Counted from the stretch's first letter, positions 15,366 to 24,904 are shown. The stretch is 32,000 nucleotides of DNA from Phycisphaera mikurensis NBRC 102666 (GCF_000284115.1 NC_017080.1:2040001-2072000), one strand, 5' to 3'. Notes: generated by a model not told the origin, from the letters alone. Made by a program: numbers and translations.

Positions 15366-16742
15366 ATGAGCGGAGCGAGCGCAGCCCAGGTCCTCGTCAT
15401 CGACGACGAGGAAGACCACGCCGAGGTGATGGGCGAGGTGCTCAAGCGGATGGGGCACGTCTGCACGCTCGTCCACACCCTGCCGGCGGCGGTGGACGAG
15501 CTCAAGCACGGGGCCTTCGACCTGATCGTCACCGACCTGGTGATGGATGCCCAGGACGACGGGCTCAGGGTGCTTGAGGCCGCGCGGGCGGGGCAGAGCG
15601 ACGCGGCGGTGGTGATGGTGACCGCCCACGGCGACGTGCCCACGGCGAAGGCGGCGCTGCGGGGCGGGGCGTACGACTTCATCGAGAAGCCGCTGGACCT
15701 CGACGTCTTCCGCACGCTGTGCGGCAACGCGATCGAGGCGGTGTTCCTGCGGACGCAGAACCGCGAGCTCAAGCGCGAGGTGGAGGGTGCCCGCGGATTC
15801 GAGGGCATGCTCGGCACGTCCGCCGCGATCCGGGCGCTGGCGAACCAGGTGGAGCAGGTGGCGCCCGCGCCGCTCCCGGTGCTGGTGACCGGCGAGTCGG
15901 GCACGGGCAAGGAGCTGGTCGCCCGGGCGATCCACAGCCGCAGCAAGCGGAGCGGGAAGCCCTTCGTGCCGATCAACTGCGCCGGGCTCAGCGAGTCGAT
16001 CCTCGAGGACGAGCTGTTCGGGCACGTGCGGGGGGCCTTCACCGGCGCCGAGAAGGACCGGCAGGGCCGCTTCGAGTACGCCAGCGGCGGGACGATGTTC
16101 CTCGACGAGATCGGCGACATGCCCAAGCCGATGCAGGCCAAGCTGCTGCGCGTGCTCGAGAGCGGCGAGGTGGTGCGGCTGGGCAGCAACGAGCCGCGGC
16201 ACGTCGACGTCCGGCTGGTCTCGGCGACCAACGCCGGACTCGAGGCGATGGTGAAGGAGGGGGCTTTCCGCGAAGACCTCTACTTCCGCATCAAGGGCAT
16301 GGAACTGCACCTCCCGCCGCTTCGGGCCCGCCGCGAGGACGTGCCGCTTCTGGTGCGCCACTTCCTCGCGAAGTTCGCCCACGAGCTCGGCAAGCCGGTC
16401 CCGGAGGTCGCCCGCGACACGATGGGCCTGCTGTCGGGCTACGGCTGGCCGGGCAACGTGCGGCAGCTGATCAACGTGACGCAGAACGCCCTGGTGATGT
16501 GCGACGGCCCGGTGCTCGAGCCCAAACACCTGCCGCCGGAGGTCCGCCTGACCGACGGCGACGTGCCCGAGAACGCCGAGAGCCTCGGCGGCGAGGCTCC
16601 GCTGAAGCTGGACCAGCTGGAGAAGCACGCGATCCGCAACGCCCTGCGGGTGGCCGAGGGCAACCGGGAGCAGGCCGCCGAGATGCTGGGCATCGGAGAG
16701 CGGACGCTGTATCGCAAGCTCAAGGAGTATGGGGTGAAGTGA
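15366..16742 (+). CDS. sigma54-dependent response regulator, NtrC family (458 aa)
   Basis: Receiver domain VLVIDDE...[13 protein letters not shown]+ sigma54-interaction domain with [15 protein letters not shown], the GAFTGA loop and FLDEIGDM. C-terminal Fis-type [23 protein letters not shown]. Confidence 0.95.
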   Translation: MSGASAAQVLVIDDEEDHAEVMGEVLKRMGHVCTLVHTLPAAVDELKHGAFDLIVTDLVMDAQDDGLRVLEAARAGQSDAAVVMVTAHGDVPTAKAALRGGAYDFIEKPLDLDVFRTLCGNAIEAVFLRTQNRELKREVEGARGFEGMLGTSAAIRALANQVEQVAPAPLPVLVTGESGTGKELVARAIHSRSKRSGKPFVPINCAGLSESILEDELFGHVRGAFTGAEKDRQGRFEYASGGTMFLDEIGDMPKPMQAKLLRVLESGEVVRLGSNEPRHVDVRLVSATNAGLEAMVKEGAFREDLYFRIKGMELHLPPLRARREDVPLLVRHFLAKFAHELGKPVPEVARDTMGLLSGYGWPGNVRQLINVTQNALVMCDGPVLEPKHLPPEVRLTDGDVPENAESLGGEAPLKLDQLEKHAIRNALRVAEGNREQAAEMLGIGERTLYRKLKEYGVK

Positions 16743-16744
16743 GG

Positions 16745-16785
16745 GGCAGCGAGGAAGCGAGGAAGCGAGGAAGCGAAGAAGTCAG
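16745..16785 (+). repeat. purine-rich arm GGCA-(GCGARGAA)x4-GTCAG, an inverted copy of the downstream 41-nt unit
   Basis: Read directly. It starts 3 nt after the stop of the sigma54 activator gene. Its reverse complement matches the units at 16829 and 16870 at 35/41 positions each (hand alignment). Confidence 0.85.
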
Positions 16786-16828
16786 CAATGACGCGGCGGC
16801 TACGCCGACCGCTTCGGACTCGAACTCT

Positions 16829-16937
16829 CTGACTTCTCCGCTTCCCCGCTTCTTCGCTTCCCCGCTTCTCTGACTTCTTCGCTTCTTCGCTTCCCCGCTT
16901 CTTCGCTTTTCTGACCTCTCCGCTTCTTCGCTCTGCC
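16829..16937 (+). repeat. tandem 41-nt repeat (2.7 copies), each unit = CTGAC + (TTCYYCGC)n + short tail
   Basis: Units start at 16829, 16870 and 16911; the third is truncated to 27 nt. Each contains a nested 8-nt sub-repeat. The array ends 15 nt before the ispF ATG. Confidence 0.85.
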
Positions 16938-16951
16938 CCCCGAAACGCCCC

Positions 16952-17476
16952 ATGGCTCTCAGCCCCGACGACCCCCAGACACGCCCCCCGCCCTTCCGCA
17001 CCGGCTCGGGCTGGGACCTGCACCGGCTCGAGCCGGGGCTCCCGCTGGTCCTCGCCGGCGTCGAGGTCCCCTCGGACCGCGGGTGCGTGGCGCACTCCGA
17101 CGGCGACGCGGTGTTCCACGCGGTGACCGACGCGTTGCTGGGGTCGCTCGCGCTGGGCGACATCGGCCGGCTGTTCCCCGACGACGACCCGGCGAACGCG
17201 GGGCGGGACTCGGGTGACTTCCTCGACGAGGCGGTGCGGCGCGTCCAAGCGGCGGGTTACGCGGTGGTGAACCTCGACGTGACGGTGGTGCTGCAGAAGC
17301 CCCGGCTCGGCCCGCACGCGGGGGCGATGCGGGCGCAGCTCGCGGCCCGGCTGCTCGTCGGGCTCGACCGCGTCTCGCTGAAGGCCAAGACGCACGAGGG
17401 CGTCGACGCCGTGGGCGAGGGCCGGGCCGTGAGCTGCCAGGCGGCGGTGCTGGTGACGCGGGCGGCACCGGCCTGA
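16952..17476 (+). CDS. ispF: 2-C-methyl-D-erythritol 2,4-cyclodiphosphate synthase (174 aa)
   Basis: IspF signature blocks GSGWDLHRL, AHSDGDAVFHAVTDALLG..ALGDIG..FP and VDVTVVLQKPRL. Confidence 0.95.
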   Translation: MALSPDDPQTRPPPFRTGSGWDLHRLEPGLPLVLAGVEVPSDRGCVAHSDGDAVFHAVTDALLGSLALGDIGRLFPDDDPANAGRDSGDFLDEAVRRVQAAGYAVVNLDVTVVLQKPRLGPHAGAMRAQLAARLLVGLDRVSLKAKTHEGVDAVGEGRAVSCQAAVLVTRAAPA

Positions 17477-17531
17477 CGCGAAAGGCCGCGGGGGTCGGTG
17501 CGGGCCGCCACGCCGGAGGCGACCGTCGCGG

Positions 17532-18164
17532 CTACCGCACCACGCCGGCGACGGTCTCGCCGTCGGCCACGCCGCGGAGGACGATTGAGCCCGCGCCGAT
17601 GGTGGCGCCGGCGCCGATCCTCATGCCGGGGAGGACGCGGGCGCCCAAGCCGACGAGGCAGCGGCGGCCGAGGCTCACGCCGCCGCCGGTGATGGCGCCG
17701 GGGGCGAGGTGAGCGAACGTTCCGGCGGAGCTCCCGTGCTCGAGGATCGAGCCGCTGTTGAGGATGACGCCGTCGCGGAGCCGGGTGCCCACCCCCACCA
17801 CCGCGAGCGGGCCAACGAAGACGTTGCGGCCGAGGGTGGCGGAGGGGCTGACCGCCGCCCGGGGGTGGACGACGGTGGCGGGGTGCCGCCCGGCGGCGAG
17901 GTGGCGCTCGAGGCAACGCTCCCGCGCCCGGCCGTCGCCGATGGCGACGTGGACGGCGGCGCCGGGCGGGAGGTCGCCGGCGTGGGCCCAGTCGCCGCTC
18001 CCGCCGTCGTCGAGGAACCCGAGCACGTCGAAGCCGGCGAGGCGGGCGGCCTCGGCGACGACGCGGCCGTGTCCGCCGGCGCCGTGGACGACCAGCGGGC
18101 CGCGGATCGCCGCGGTTGCGGGCGGCTCGGGGTCGCGGTCCGCGGCTTTCAGGGGGCTCTGCAT
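17532..18164 (-). CDS. hexapeptide-repeat acyltransferase, NeuD/PglD-like sugar O/N-acetyltransferase family (210 aa)
   Basis: N-terminal Rossmann-like VVHGAGGHGRVVAEAA..GFDVLGFLDD, followed by left-handed beta-helix hexapeptide repeats (VGTRLRDGVILNSGSILEHGSS...). The ATG at 18164 is in frame with track ORF 17532-19076. Confidence 0.8.
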   Translation of the reverse strand: MQSPLKAADRDPEPPATAAIRGPLVVHGAGGHGRVVAEAARLAGFDVLGFLDDGGSGDWAHAGDLPPGAAVHVAIGDGRARERCLERHLAAGRHPATVVHPRAAVSPSATLGRNVFVGPLAVVGVGTRLRDGVILNSGSILEHGSSAGTFAHLAPGAITGGGVSLGRRCLVGLGARVLPGMRIGAGATIGAGSIVLRGVADGETVAGVVR

Positions 18165-18221
18165 CGAGGCGGTCCGGGCTTGACCCGCGGGCACCGCCCG
18201 CGTGCCTCTACCTTCGGCCAC

Positions 18222-18986
18222 GTGAGACACCCCGCCGCAGATCCCGCCGGAGCGACCCTGCCCGCCTCGCTGACGGTTGCGGAGGCGCAGGCGATCGATG
18301 CCCACGCCGCGGAGACGCTCGGGCTCCCCACACTGCTCTTGATGGAGAACGCGGCCGTCAACGCGGCGGCGGTGGTGCTCGACCTGCTCGCGGAGGCGGT
18401 GGAGCTCGACGAGGACCGCTTCCGCGTGGGGATCCTCGCCGGCGGCGGCAGCAACGGGGGTGACGGGTGGGCGATGGCCCGGCATCTGCTCGGCTCCGGC
18501 GTGGCGGCGACGGTGTTCGCGGTGCGGCCGGTGGAGGGGCTGCGGGGCGACGCGGCGGTGAACGCGCAGGCGGCGGTCGCCTGCGGGGTGCCGGTCACGC
18601 CGTGCAACGACGGCGAGGCGGCGGGGGCCCTCCACGGCGTGCTCGCCCGCCAGCACGTGCTCGTCGACGCGGTCCTCGGAACCGGCTTGAGCGGCCCGCC
18701 GCGGGCCGCCGCCGCGGGGGTGATCCGCGTCCTGAACGAGCTGTCTCCGCGGCCCCCGGTGCTCGCGATCGACGTGCCCTCGGGGCTGGACGCGGACAGC
18801 GGCGAGCCGGCCGAGCCCACGGTCCGCGCGGACCTGACGGTGACGTTCGTGGCCCCCAAGCGCGGCTTCGCCGCGGCCGGCGCCCCGGGCTTCACCGGCC
18901 GGGTGGTGACGGCGGGCATCGGCGTTCCCGACGCCGCGCTCGCCGCGGCGCTGCCGGCGGCCTCCGCCCCCGCGGCGATACGCTGA
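18222..18986 (+). CDS. nnrE: NAD(P)H-hydrate epimerase (YjeF N-terminal domain only, 254 aa)
   Basis: LMENAAVNAA..., the ILAGGGSNGGDGWAMARHL loop, VDAVLGTGL and AIDVPSGLDADSG. No C-terminal carbohydrate-kinase-like dehydratase domain. The GTG at 18222 is in frame with the track ORF. Confidence 0.85.
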   Translation: MRHPAADPAGATLPASLTVAEAQAIDAHAAETLGLPTLLLMENAAVNAAAVVLDLLAEAVELDEDRFRVGILAGGGSNGGDGWAMARHLLGSGVAATVFAVRPVEGLRGDAAVNAQAAVACGVPVTPCNDGEAAGALHGVLARQHVLVDAVLGTGLSGPPRAAAAGVIRVLNELSPRPPVLAIDVPSGLDADSGEPAEPTVRADLTVTFVAPKRGFAAAGAPGFTGRVVTAGIGVPDAALAAALPAASAPAAIR

Positions 18987-18990
18987 CCGC

Positions 18991-19743
18991 GTGCCCCGTC
19001 CCGCCCGCTTCCCCGGCCGCTTTGCCGGACCGCTCGCCCTCACCGCGGCCCTCGCGGCGCTCCTGGCCGGCTCCACCGTCCTGGCGGCGCGGGTGTCGCA
19101 GCCCGACGAGCGGCGCGTGGCGTGGAAGGGCGTCTCGCTGGTCCTGCCCGGCGGGTTCGTGCCGCTGCCCGGGCAGGGCGGCGTCTTCGCGGTGTTCCGC
19201 GACCGGCTCCGCGAGGAGCGGGAGCTGCAGGTGTTCCGCCTCCGGGCGCAGGCGGGCTCGACCGGCGCGGCGGACCTGGCGGAGGGGCACGAGGAAGCGG
19301 CGCAGGCCCCGCCGGGCCCGGCCGGGCCGGTGGCCTATCCGCCGCCGGAGGCCGTGCTCCGGATCGCCTTCCCCACGCTGCTCGGCGGGGTGCGGCTGCC
19401 CGAGGCGATGGCGATCGACCGGGGCGTCAAGGTCCGCGAGGACGGGTCGGAGGTGCCCTTTGCCGTTTGGGCCGGGGCGGTGGCCGACCCGGACGTGCGG
19501 CTCGGCCAAGCGCCACGCCTGATCCTGGGGGTGATGGTGACCGGCGACGGCCTCGGCAACTACGCCGTGATCCTGCTGCGCGACCCGGCGTACCGGCAGG
19601 AGGACCTGACCGAGCGGCTGCGGGCGACCGCGGAGCTGCTGAAGCGGACGCTGGAGACGGTCCAGATCCGCCCGTCGCTGCCGCCGCCCGCGGGCGCGGG
19701 CGCGTCGATGTCGCCCGGGGACGCCGGGGGAGGGCCGTCGTGA
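18991..19743 (+). CDS. hypothetical secreted protein (250 aa)
   Basis: The signal-peptide-like N-terminus is RFAGPLALTAALAALLAGSTVLAA. High GC3. It starts 4 nt after the nnrE stop, and its stop overlaps the next start (GTGA). Confidence 0.55.
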   Translation: MPRPARFPGRFAGPLALTAALAALLAGSTVLAARVSQPDERRVAWKGVSLVLPGGFVPLPGQGGVFAVFRDRLREERELQVFRLRAQAGSTGAADLAEGHEEAAQAPPGPAGPVAYPPPEAVLRIAFPTLLGGVRLPEAMAIDRGVKVREDGSEVPFAVWAGAVADPDVRLGQAPRLILGVMVTGDGLGNYAVILLRDPAYRQEDLTERLRATAELLKRTLETVQIRPSLPPPAGAGASMSPGDAGGGPS

Positions 19744-21098
19744 GCCGCCCGCACGCGGTCGTGTCGGCCGTCCTGGCTCTCCTTCTGCTCCTTGGCTTCC
19801 CCGCGGCGGCGGAGCCGTGGACGGAGCCGGGCTTCGGCGTGACGCTCGAGCCGCCCGCCGGCGCCGAGGCGGTCGTGCCGTCGCCGCCGGGTTCGCAGGG
19901 CGCGTGGCGGCTGGACGACGGCTCGCTGCTCCGCGTGCGGCTGCTCGAGAGCGACACACCCATCGGGCGGCTGGAGCGGACGCAGGCCTTCTCCTGGGCC
20001 GGATTGACGATGGCGCGGATGAAGTCGGTCTGGCTGGACGAGCGGCGGGTCGCCGGGCGGGAGGGCCTGGTGCAGGTGCTCGAGCTGGAGAAGGTGGAGT
20101 CGCGCTTCCTGCCCGCTTCGGTGCGCCGCGGCGTGCTCACGTACGGGCAGGCGATCTTCCGGCTCGATCCGTTCCACGTCGCCGTCGCGGAGCTCTTCGT
20201 CGAGGGCGAGGCCGCCGCGGCGACGCGCCCCCGGCTGCTCGCCCTGGCCGACGGCCTCTCGCTGGTGGAGCCGCCGGTGATGATGGATCGGCGTCGGGCC
20301 GCGGTGGCGGCGGCGGCGGGCTTCCTCCGCGGGCTCGACCGGGCGGGGGCGCTGCGGGATCTTCCGCCGGTGCTCCGCTACGAAGTCGGTCCCCCCGCCG
20401 GCGAGGCCGGGCTGAGCGGCCGCGGCACCCGCGAGCTGGTGACCGAGCCGCAGGCGGTCCAGGGCAGCGGCGTGGCGCTCCCGGAGCCGGGCGCGGTGGC
20501 GGGCTGGCTGGTCGGGCTCCGGGGCGACGGGGGCGCGCTGAGCATTCTCGACAAGGCCTACGCCTCCCTCGACGGCGAAGGCGAGGCCTGGATGCGGCGG
20601 ACCACGACCCGCGACCGGGCCGCCGCGGATCCGGCCGGTGCCACCGGTCTGCGGGTGGCGCGCCGGACGGGTGCCCGCAGCGGGCCGACGCTGGAGGTGG
20701 TGGTGACCGATCCGCCCCGGGGGGGCTCAGGTGGCGACCCCGAGGAGTCGTTCCGCACCTGGACGCTGCTCGAGCGGATGCCGGACGGGCTGATCGACGA
20801 GCTGCCCGTCGACGTCTCGCCGCGCGACGTGTACCTCAACCGGCTGGACCTGCTGGTGCTGCCCGAGCTGCTCCCCCGCGACGCCGCGGCGACCTTCGCC
20901 TTCTACGCCCTCGATCCCGAGTCGTTGAAGCTCGCCCTGCGGCTGTACCGCGTCGAGCCGCTGCCCGGCGGCGGCGTCGACGTGTACGAGCGGCCCACGC
21001 TCGCCGCCGATCCGGTGCGCCACCGGATCGACGCCTCCGGGCGGCGGGTGGAGATCGTGCAGCCCACGGGGCTGACGTTCTCGCTCTCCGAGAGCTGA
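19740..21098 (+). CDS. hypothetical secreted protein (452 aa)
   Basis: The GTG at 19740 is in frame with track ORF 19122-21098. The signal-peptide-like N-terminus is AVVSAVLALLLLLGFPAAAEP. No recognisable domain. Confidence 0.6.
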   Translation: MSRPHAVVSAVLALLLLLGFPAAAEPWTEPGFGVTLEPPAGAEAVVPSPPGSQGAWRLDDGSLLRVRLLESDTPIGRLERTQAFSWAGLTMARMKSVWLDERRVAGREGLVQVLELEKVESRFLPASVRRGVLTYGQAIFRLDPFHVAVAELFVEGEAAAATRPRLLALADGLSLVEPPVMMDRRRAAVAAAAGFLRGLDRAGALRDLPPVLRYEVGPPAGEAGLSGRGTRELVTEPQAVQGSGVALPEPGAVAGWLVGLRGDGGALSILDKAYASLDGEGEAWMRRTTTRDRAAADPAGATGLRVARRTGARSGPTLEVVVTDPPRGGSGGDPEESFRTWTLLERMPDGLIDELPVDVSPRDVYLNRLDLLVLPELLPRDAAATFAFYALDPESLKLALRLYRVEPLPGGGVDVYERPTLAADPVRHRIDASGRRVEIVQPTGLTFSLSES

Positions 21099-21167
21099 GG
21101 CTCCCGGGTTCGCGACATCAAGCGGCTCGGCGGGACGCTCGGAGCGGAAAAGCGGCGCTCGCAGCCG

Positions 21168-22286
21168 GTGCGGGCTCCGGCCGCGGCGCCCCGCACACCC
21201 GCCGACCACCGGCCCGGCCGGGGCTACGCTGCTGCCTTGGAAACGACGATCCATCTCCCCGACGGCGACCACCGCCTCGCCGTCACCGGCCCCTCCGAAC
21301 GGAATCTGAAGATCCTGCGCGAGTCGCTGGGCGTGGGGGTCGCGGCCCGCCGCTCGGTGCTCAAGCTCTCCGGCGAGGAGCGGCCGGTGCGGCAGGCGCT
21401 CGCCGTCATCGAGCGGCTGACCGAGGCCGCGGCGGGGGGGATGCCCATGCAGCGGCAGGACGTGCTCGACGCGATCGCGGCGGCGTCGCGGTCCGCTGGG
21501 AGCCGGCCCGCCCGCGACCTCGGCGGCTCGGGGGAGCCGGGCGGCTCGACGCTGCGCCGCGACGGCACCTTCGAGGTCTACCTGCCCGGGAAGCGCGTCG
21601 GCCCCTCGACCGCCGGGCAGCGGCGTTACGTCGAGGCGATGCTCGCGCACGACCTCACCTTCTGCCTCGGCCCCGCCGGCACCGGAAAGACTTATCTCGC
21701 CGTGGCCGCGGCCGCGGCGATGCTCAAGCGTGGCGAGGTCCGCAAGCTGGTGCTCGTGCGGCCGGCGGTGGAGGCCGGCGAGAAGCTTGGCTTCCTGCCC
21801 GGGTCGCTGCAGGACAAGGTCGATCCGTACCTGCGGCCGCTGCTCGATGCCCTGCACGACATGATGGACTTCGAGCAGATCAGCCGCTTCATGGCGGTCG
21901 ACCTGATCGAGATCGTCCCGCTGGCGTTCATGCGCGGCCGCACGCTCAATGATGCGTGCATCATCCTCGACGAGGCGCAGAACACGACCCGCGCGCAGAT
22001 GCTGATGTTCCTCACGCGGCTGGGGCACGGCGGGAAGATGATCATCACCGGGGACACGTCGCAGATCGACCTGCCCGACCCGCGCGACTCGGGGCTGATC
22101 GACGCGGTCCGCCGGCTGCGGCGGGTGCGGGGGGTCGCCACCACCACGCTCGACGGCGGCGACATCGTCCGCCACGAGCTGGTGCAGCGGATCGTCGAGG
22201 CCTACGGAGCCCCCAAGACCGATCCGCGGGTGAAGGCGCTGCTCGACGGCGCCGAGGACGCCGAGGGCCCTCCCGCCGGGAGCTGA
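21168..22286 (+). CDS. phoH: PhoH/YbeZ-family ATPase (372 aa; alternative TTG start at 21237)
   Basis: Walker A LGPAGTGKTYLAVA, then PAVEAGEKLGFLPG, DPYLRPLLDAL, AFMRGRTL and the Walker B region ILDEAQNTT. Confidence 0.9.
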   Translation: MRAPAAAPRTPADHRPGRGYAAALETTIHLPDGDHRLAVTGPSERNLKILRESLGVGVAARRSVLKLSGEERPVRQALAVIERLTEAAAGGMPMQRQDVLDAIAAASRSAGSRPARDLGGSGEPGGSTLRRDGTFEVYLPGKRVGPSTAGQRRYVEAMLAHDLTFCLGPAGTGKTYLAVAAAAAMLKRGEVRKLVLVRPAVEAGEKLGFLPGSLQDKVDPYLRPLLDALHDMMDFEQISRFMAVDLIEIVPLAFMRGRTLNDACIILDEAQNTTRAQMLMFLTRLGHGGKMIITGDTSQIDLPDPRDSGLIDAVRRLRRVRGVATTTLDGGDIVRHELVQRIVEAYGAPKTDPRVKALLDGAEDAEGPPAGS

Positions 22287-22340
22287 CCCGCGGCGCCGTT
22301 CCGTACGCTGCCGGACACGGGGCCGCCCCGCGACGCGTCC

Positions 22341-24902
22341 ATGGCCGAACCCCCCGCCCAGAGCGACAACCGCCCCGCCGAGGCGCGTCCCGCCGCGTCG
22401 TCCCGGCCGCGCGAGGCCGGGCCCCGCAAGCCGGTGAAGCCGGCGAAGTCGCCGCCGCTCACCTCCGCCGCTCGCCGCCGCGAGGCACGCCGGCAGATGC
22501 CCGATCGCCTCGCATCGGTGTGGGCGTGGGTGGCCTGGTTCCGGCACCGCCACGTGGTCTCCGCGGCGGTCTACGTGGCGCTGTTCACGCTCGTGGGCGG
22601 CATGCTCGCCCACTCCGCCCGGACCGGCCCCCATCACCACCAGGGCGAGCTGCTCGACGAGGCCCGCGTCGCCCGCGTCGGCTTCACCGCCGTCAACGAG
22701 GAGCTGACCCGCCGCGAACGCGAGGCCGCCCGGGCCGCCGTCCGCCCGCTCTACCGCCACAACGGCCGGTACCTCGACGAGCTGCGTGAGACGCTGGGCA
22801 ACCTGCCCGGCCTCGCCGACCGCTCCTTCGCGGAGCTCAACACCGGGCTCGCCGAGCAGATGCGGATCGACGCCGCGGCCCACGCCGCGCTCGCCGCGTG
22901 GAACCGCCCGGAAGCCGAGGCCGCCGTCGGCGACGCCGGCGGGCCCGACGGCCCCCCCGCGTCGATCCGCAACTGGGGGGCGTTGGTCGACCGGGTGCTC
23001 GCCGGCTGGTTCCGCCAGCCGATCCTCTCGGTGGCGCAGTGGGAGGAGGAGGAGCAGCGGGGCCGGTCGCAGATCCGCGTGCTCGACCCCTTCGAGCCCG
23101 CCGCCGCCGGGGCGGGGCCGGACGAGCGGGAGCGCGACGTGTTCCGCGGGACGCTCAAGCGGGTCGACCAGGAGGCGTCGCTGCGGGAGCGGATCGTCGA
23201 GGTGGTCCGGCTGGCGCCGGAGCCGCTGCGGCCGACGTTTGCGCGGGTGCTCGAGACGCGGGTGCAGCCGACGTACGCGCGGGACGAGGCGGCGACCGAG
23301 GCGCGGCGGCAGGCGGCGCACGACGCGGTGGAGCCGGTGGACGACCTGCTGCGGCCCGGCGACCTCATCGTGCCCGCCGGGACGACGCTCGGCTACGCGG
23401 AGCTCCGCCTGCTCGACGCCGAGGAAGCCGCCTTCCGGGCGCAGCGGACGCTCGGCCAGCGGCTCTTCGAGGGGCTCGGCGTGCTGGGGATCACCGGGCT
23501 GCTGGGGCTGGTCCCGTGGCTGTACCTCTTCCAGGGCACGTCGCGGATCGTCCGCAACCCAATCCGCGGGCTCACCTTCACCCTGCTGATGCTGGTCGGC
23601 CAGGCGGTCTCGATCCTGCTCGCGGGGGTCTGGCCGGCCGGGCTCTACGGGTCGGGCACGTTCGGCACGCTGGGCGTCGTGATGATCCTCGCGGTCGTGT
23701 ACGACCGGCCCTTCGCCATCCTCGCGGGCACCGTGCACGCGTTGCTGGTGTCGCTCTCGCTGGACGCGGGGCTGCCGCTGCTGCTGGTGGCGCTCACCGG
23801 CGTCGCGGCCGCGGCCCTGCCGCTGCGCGACGTGCGGACGCGCTCCAAGCTCGTGATCGTCGGCGCCGGCGCGGGGCTGCTGATGGCCGGGGCGGCGCTG
23901 CTGGTCTCGGCCGCCGACCCGCCTGCCGTCCTCGACGAGGACCGGCTCACCCGCCTGGGGCTCGAGCTGCTCGCCCCCTTGATCTCCGGCTTCGCCGCGG
24001 GGCTGCTGATCCAGGGCCTCCTGCCCGTGGTCGAGGGCGTCTTCCGCATCTCCACGGCGATGACGCTCAAGGACCTCAACGACAACAGCCGGCCGCTGCT
24101 GCAGCGTCTCGCCCGCGAGGCCCCCGGCACCTACCAGCACAGCCTCCGGATCGCCGACATGGCCGAGGCCGCCGCCGAAGCCATCGGCGGCGACGGCCTG
24201 CTCGCCCGCACCGGCGCGATGTACCACGACATCGGGAAGATCAACAAGCCGCAGTACTTCGTCGAGAACCAGGGCGGCGGCCCCAACAAGCACGACAAGC
24301 TGAGCCCGGCGATGTCGCTCTTGATCCTCGTGAACCACGTGAAGGACGGGGCGACGATGGCCCGGGAGTACAACCTCCCGCGGCAGGTCGTCGACTTCAT
24401 CGAGACCCACCACGGCACGACGCTGGTGGAGTACTTCTTCCACGCCGCCCGCAGCGCCGCGGAGCAGAAGAAGATGGAGGCCAGAGGCTGCGGGGGCGGC
24501 GTCGCCGCCGTGAGCGGCGGGAGCGAGCCCAAGGAGTTCCAGTACCGCTACCCCGGCCCGCGCCCGCGCAACCGCGAGACCGCCATCTTGTTGCTCTGCG
24601 ACGGCATCGAGGCCGCGGCGCGCAGCCTCACCGACCCGACGCCCGCGCAGCTCCAGCAGCTCGTCCACCAGATGGCGATGAAGCGCCTGCTCGACGGCCA
24701 GTTCGACCACTGCAGCCTCACGCTGGCGGAGCTGTCGACGATCGAGCAGGCGATCACCAAGACGCTCTGCGCCATCCACCACAGCCGGATCAAGTACCCC
24801 GACGGAGACCGGGACAAGGACCGGGCCAAAGCCGCCACGCCGCCCCAAGATCCGGCCTCGGGGGAGACCGCCGAGCGACCGGCGCTGGCCGTGGCTTCCT
24901 AA
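22341..24902 (+). CDS. 7TM-receptor / HD-domain (HDIG) phosphohydrolase, PgpH/YqfF-like (853 aa)
   Basis: Large N-terminal extracytoplasmic-type region, a block of about 7 hydrophobic helices at roughly codons 380-560, and a C-terminal HD domain: HSLRIADMAE...GAMYHDIGK...HDKLSPAMS...HVKDG...FIETHHGTTL. Confidence 0.9.
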   Translation: MAEPPAQSDNRPAEARPAASSRPREAGPRKPVKPAKSPPLTSAARRREARRQMPDRLASVWAWVAWFRHRHVVSAAVYVALFTLVGGMLAHSARTGPHHHQGELLDEARVARVGFTAVNEELTRREREAARAAVRPLYRHNGRYLDELRETLGNLPGLADRSFAELNTGLAEQMRIDAAAHAALAAWNRPEAEAAVGDAGGPDGPPASIRNWGALVDRVLAGWFRQPILSVAQWEEEEQRGRSQIRVLDPFEPAAAGAGPDERERDVFRGTLKRVDQEASLRERIVEVVRLAPEPLRPTFARVLETRVQPTYARDEAATEARRQAAHDAVEPVDDLLRPGDLIVPAGTTLGYAELRLLDAEEAAFRAQRTLGQRLFEGLGVLGITGLLGLVPWLYLFQGTSRIVRNPIRGLTFTLLMLVGQAVSILLAGVWPAGLYGSGTFGTLGVVMILAVVYDRPFAILAGTVHALLVSLSLDAGLPLLLVALTGVAAAALPLRDVRTRSKLVIVGAGAGLLMAGAALLVSAADPPAVLDEDRLTRLGLELLAPLISGFAAGLLIQGLLPVVEGVFRISTAMTLKDLNDNSRPLLQRLAREAPGTYQHSLRIADMAEAAAEAIGGDGLLARTGAMYHDIGKINKPQYFVENQGGGPNKHDKLSPAMSLLILVNHVKDGATMAREYNLPRQVVDFIETHHGTTLVEYFFHAARSAAEQKKMEARGCGGGVAAVSGGSEPKEFQYRYPGPRPRNRETAILLLCDGIEAAARSLTDPTPAQLQQLVHQMAMKRLLDGQFDHCSLTLAELSTIEQAITKTLCAIHHSRIKYPDGDRDKDRAKAATPPQDPASGETAERPALAVAS

Positions 24903-24904
24903 CT

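Noticed and set aside
16745-16937. CRISPR array
   Set aside because: The 41-nt units abut head to tail with no unique spacers between them. They are internally made of 8-nt sub-repeats, and no cas genes are present in the window.
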